NCBI GenBank assembly: GCA_005223035.1 | Contig: NJBK01000007.1 | Coordinates: 24,276-88,275, forward strand | From: Chloroflexi bacterium B3_Chlor | Lineage (GTDB): Bacteria > Chloroflexota > Anaerolineae > UBA7937 > B3-Chlor | Length of the DNA: 64,000 nucleotides | Reading direction: 5' to 3' | Shown: in pieces, positions 63,618-64,000 of the stretch | Layout: every line of letters begins with the position of its first letter | Numbering within the stretch: the first letter of the stretch is position 1 | Position numbers and translations under genes: made by a program | The notes under the pieces: generated by a model | Databases searched by the model: none | What the model saw: only the letters and a program-made list of their open reading frames with translations | What the model was told of the DNA's origin: nothing

Positions 63618-63905
63618 CTACCAGGAGTGGCTAATGGCGTCCTCCAGGCAGGCCGCCATACACGGTAGAGGCGGTCTGTCGCTCACGGGCTTGCACGGGC
63701 CACAGGTATACTTGATCTTCTTCCGTTCGGCCTCCGTAACAACAACAACCTGGTCGTCGGAGAGGGGATCTAGTGGATTCTCCACCACTTCAAATACCCC
63801 GTAGAGGCAAGCCTCCACACAGTCACCACAGCCGGTGCACTTCTCCGTGTCCACGCTGATGAAGTATTCTCCCGAACCATCCTTGTAGCCGTAGTTGGCA
63901 ATCAT
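63618..63905 (-). CDS. Small ferredoxin-like [4Fe-4S] protein
   Basis: MIANYGYKDGSGEYFISVDTEKCTGCGDCVEACLYGVF... with further Cys (CGPC...PCMAAC). ATG 63905 with RBS GGAGGT. The track start 63980 lacks an RBS. Confidence 0.65.
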   Translation of the reverse strand: MIANYGYKDGSGEYFISVDTEKCTGCGDCVEACLYGVFEVVENPLDPLSDDQVVVVTEAERKKIKYTCGPCKPVSDRPPLPCMAACLEDAISHSW

Positions 63906-64000
63906 GCATGCACCTCCCGAGGAGTGAGAGCAATACGTGGTCAGTCTGCAGTTCCGTCCAGGCGTCAGACTGGCAAACAAACGGCGATCCTGGGCTGGCC

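Noticed and set aside
1-64000. Scan for CRISPR arrays, rRNA genes, IS elements, integrases and prophage genes
   Set aside because: I saw no regularly spaced direct repeats and no transposase, integrase or phage structural motifs in any frame. The only repeats found are the junction duplication at 14.4-16.3 kb, the 63-bp linker duplication and the internal TPR/PPC domain repeats.

Overview
GC-rich, densely coding chromosomal segment. It comes from a Terrabacteria-type bacterium: the hrcA-grpE-dnaK-dnaJ-prmA-rsmE order matches B. subtilis, YidC is the short type, and UPF0182, NYN and many zinc-ribbon membrane proteins are present. This looks Chloroflexota-like, but that is inference only. I saw no rRNA, CRISPR, transposase or integrase. 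Content by region: (i) 1-14.6 kb is a proteostasis island: partial HEPN gene, moaB, lon, two hsp20, a TM-anchored TPR protein, cbpA-hspR-clpB, a methyltransferase and clpC. (ii) 14.4-17.7 kb holds an FGE-family gene flanked by a diverged direct duplication of the junction between the clpC 3' end, terminator, palindrome, promoter and radical-SAM 5' end, followed by a B12-binding radical SAM gene. (iii) A NYN/LOTUS-like protein. (iv) A GAF-PAS-GAF histidine kinase and NarL-type regulator next to a TorD-like chaperone and a Tat-exported PsrABC-type molybdoenzyme with atypical features. (v) A CIRCE-controlled dnaK operon. (vi) The most unusual locus, 36.6-41.5 kb: two paralogous DapA-like aldolase::Fae-like fusion genes bracket a Cys-rich 66-aa gene and are preceded by an unclassifiable 415-aa gene. 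(vii) The rest: envelope/lipid genes, a zinc-ribbon/LiaF-like cluster, tRNA-Glu(CUC), rpmH-rnpA-yidD-[PQQ propeller]-yidC-jag, gatCA, holA, UPF0182, and a ferredoxin / 2Fe-2S-GltD-like oxidoreductase / GNAT operon. I re-assigned several ORF-track start codons from RBS spacing, because the track counts GTG/TTG as Met. I added three genes missing from the track: the partial HEPN gene, rpmH and a 21-codon zinc-ribbon ORF. All family calls come from reading motifs by eye; no database search was run.
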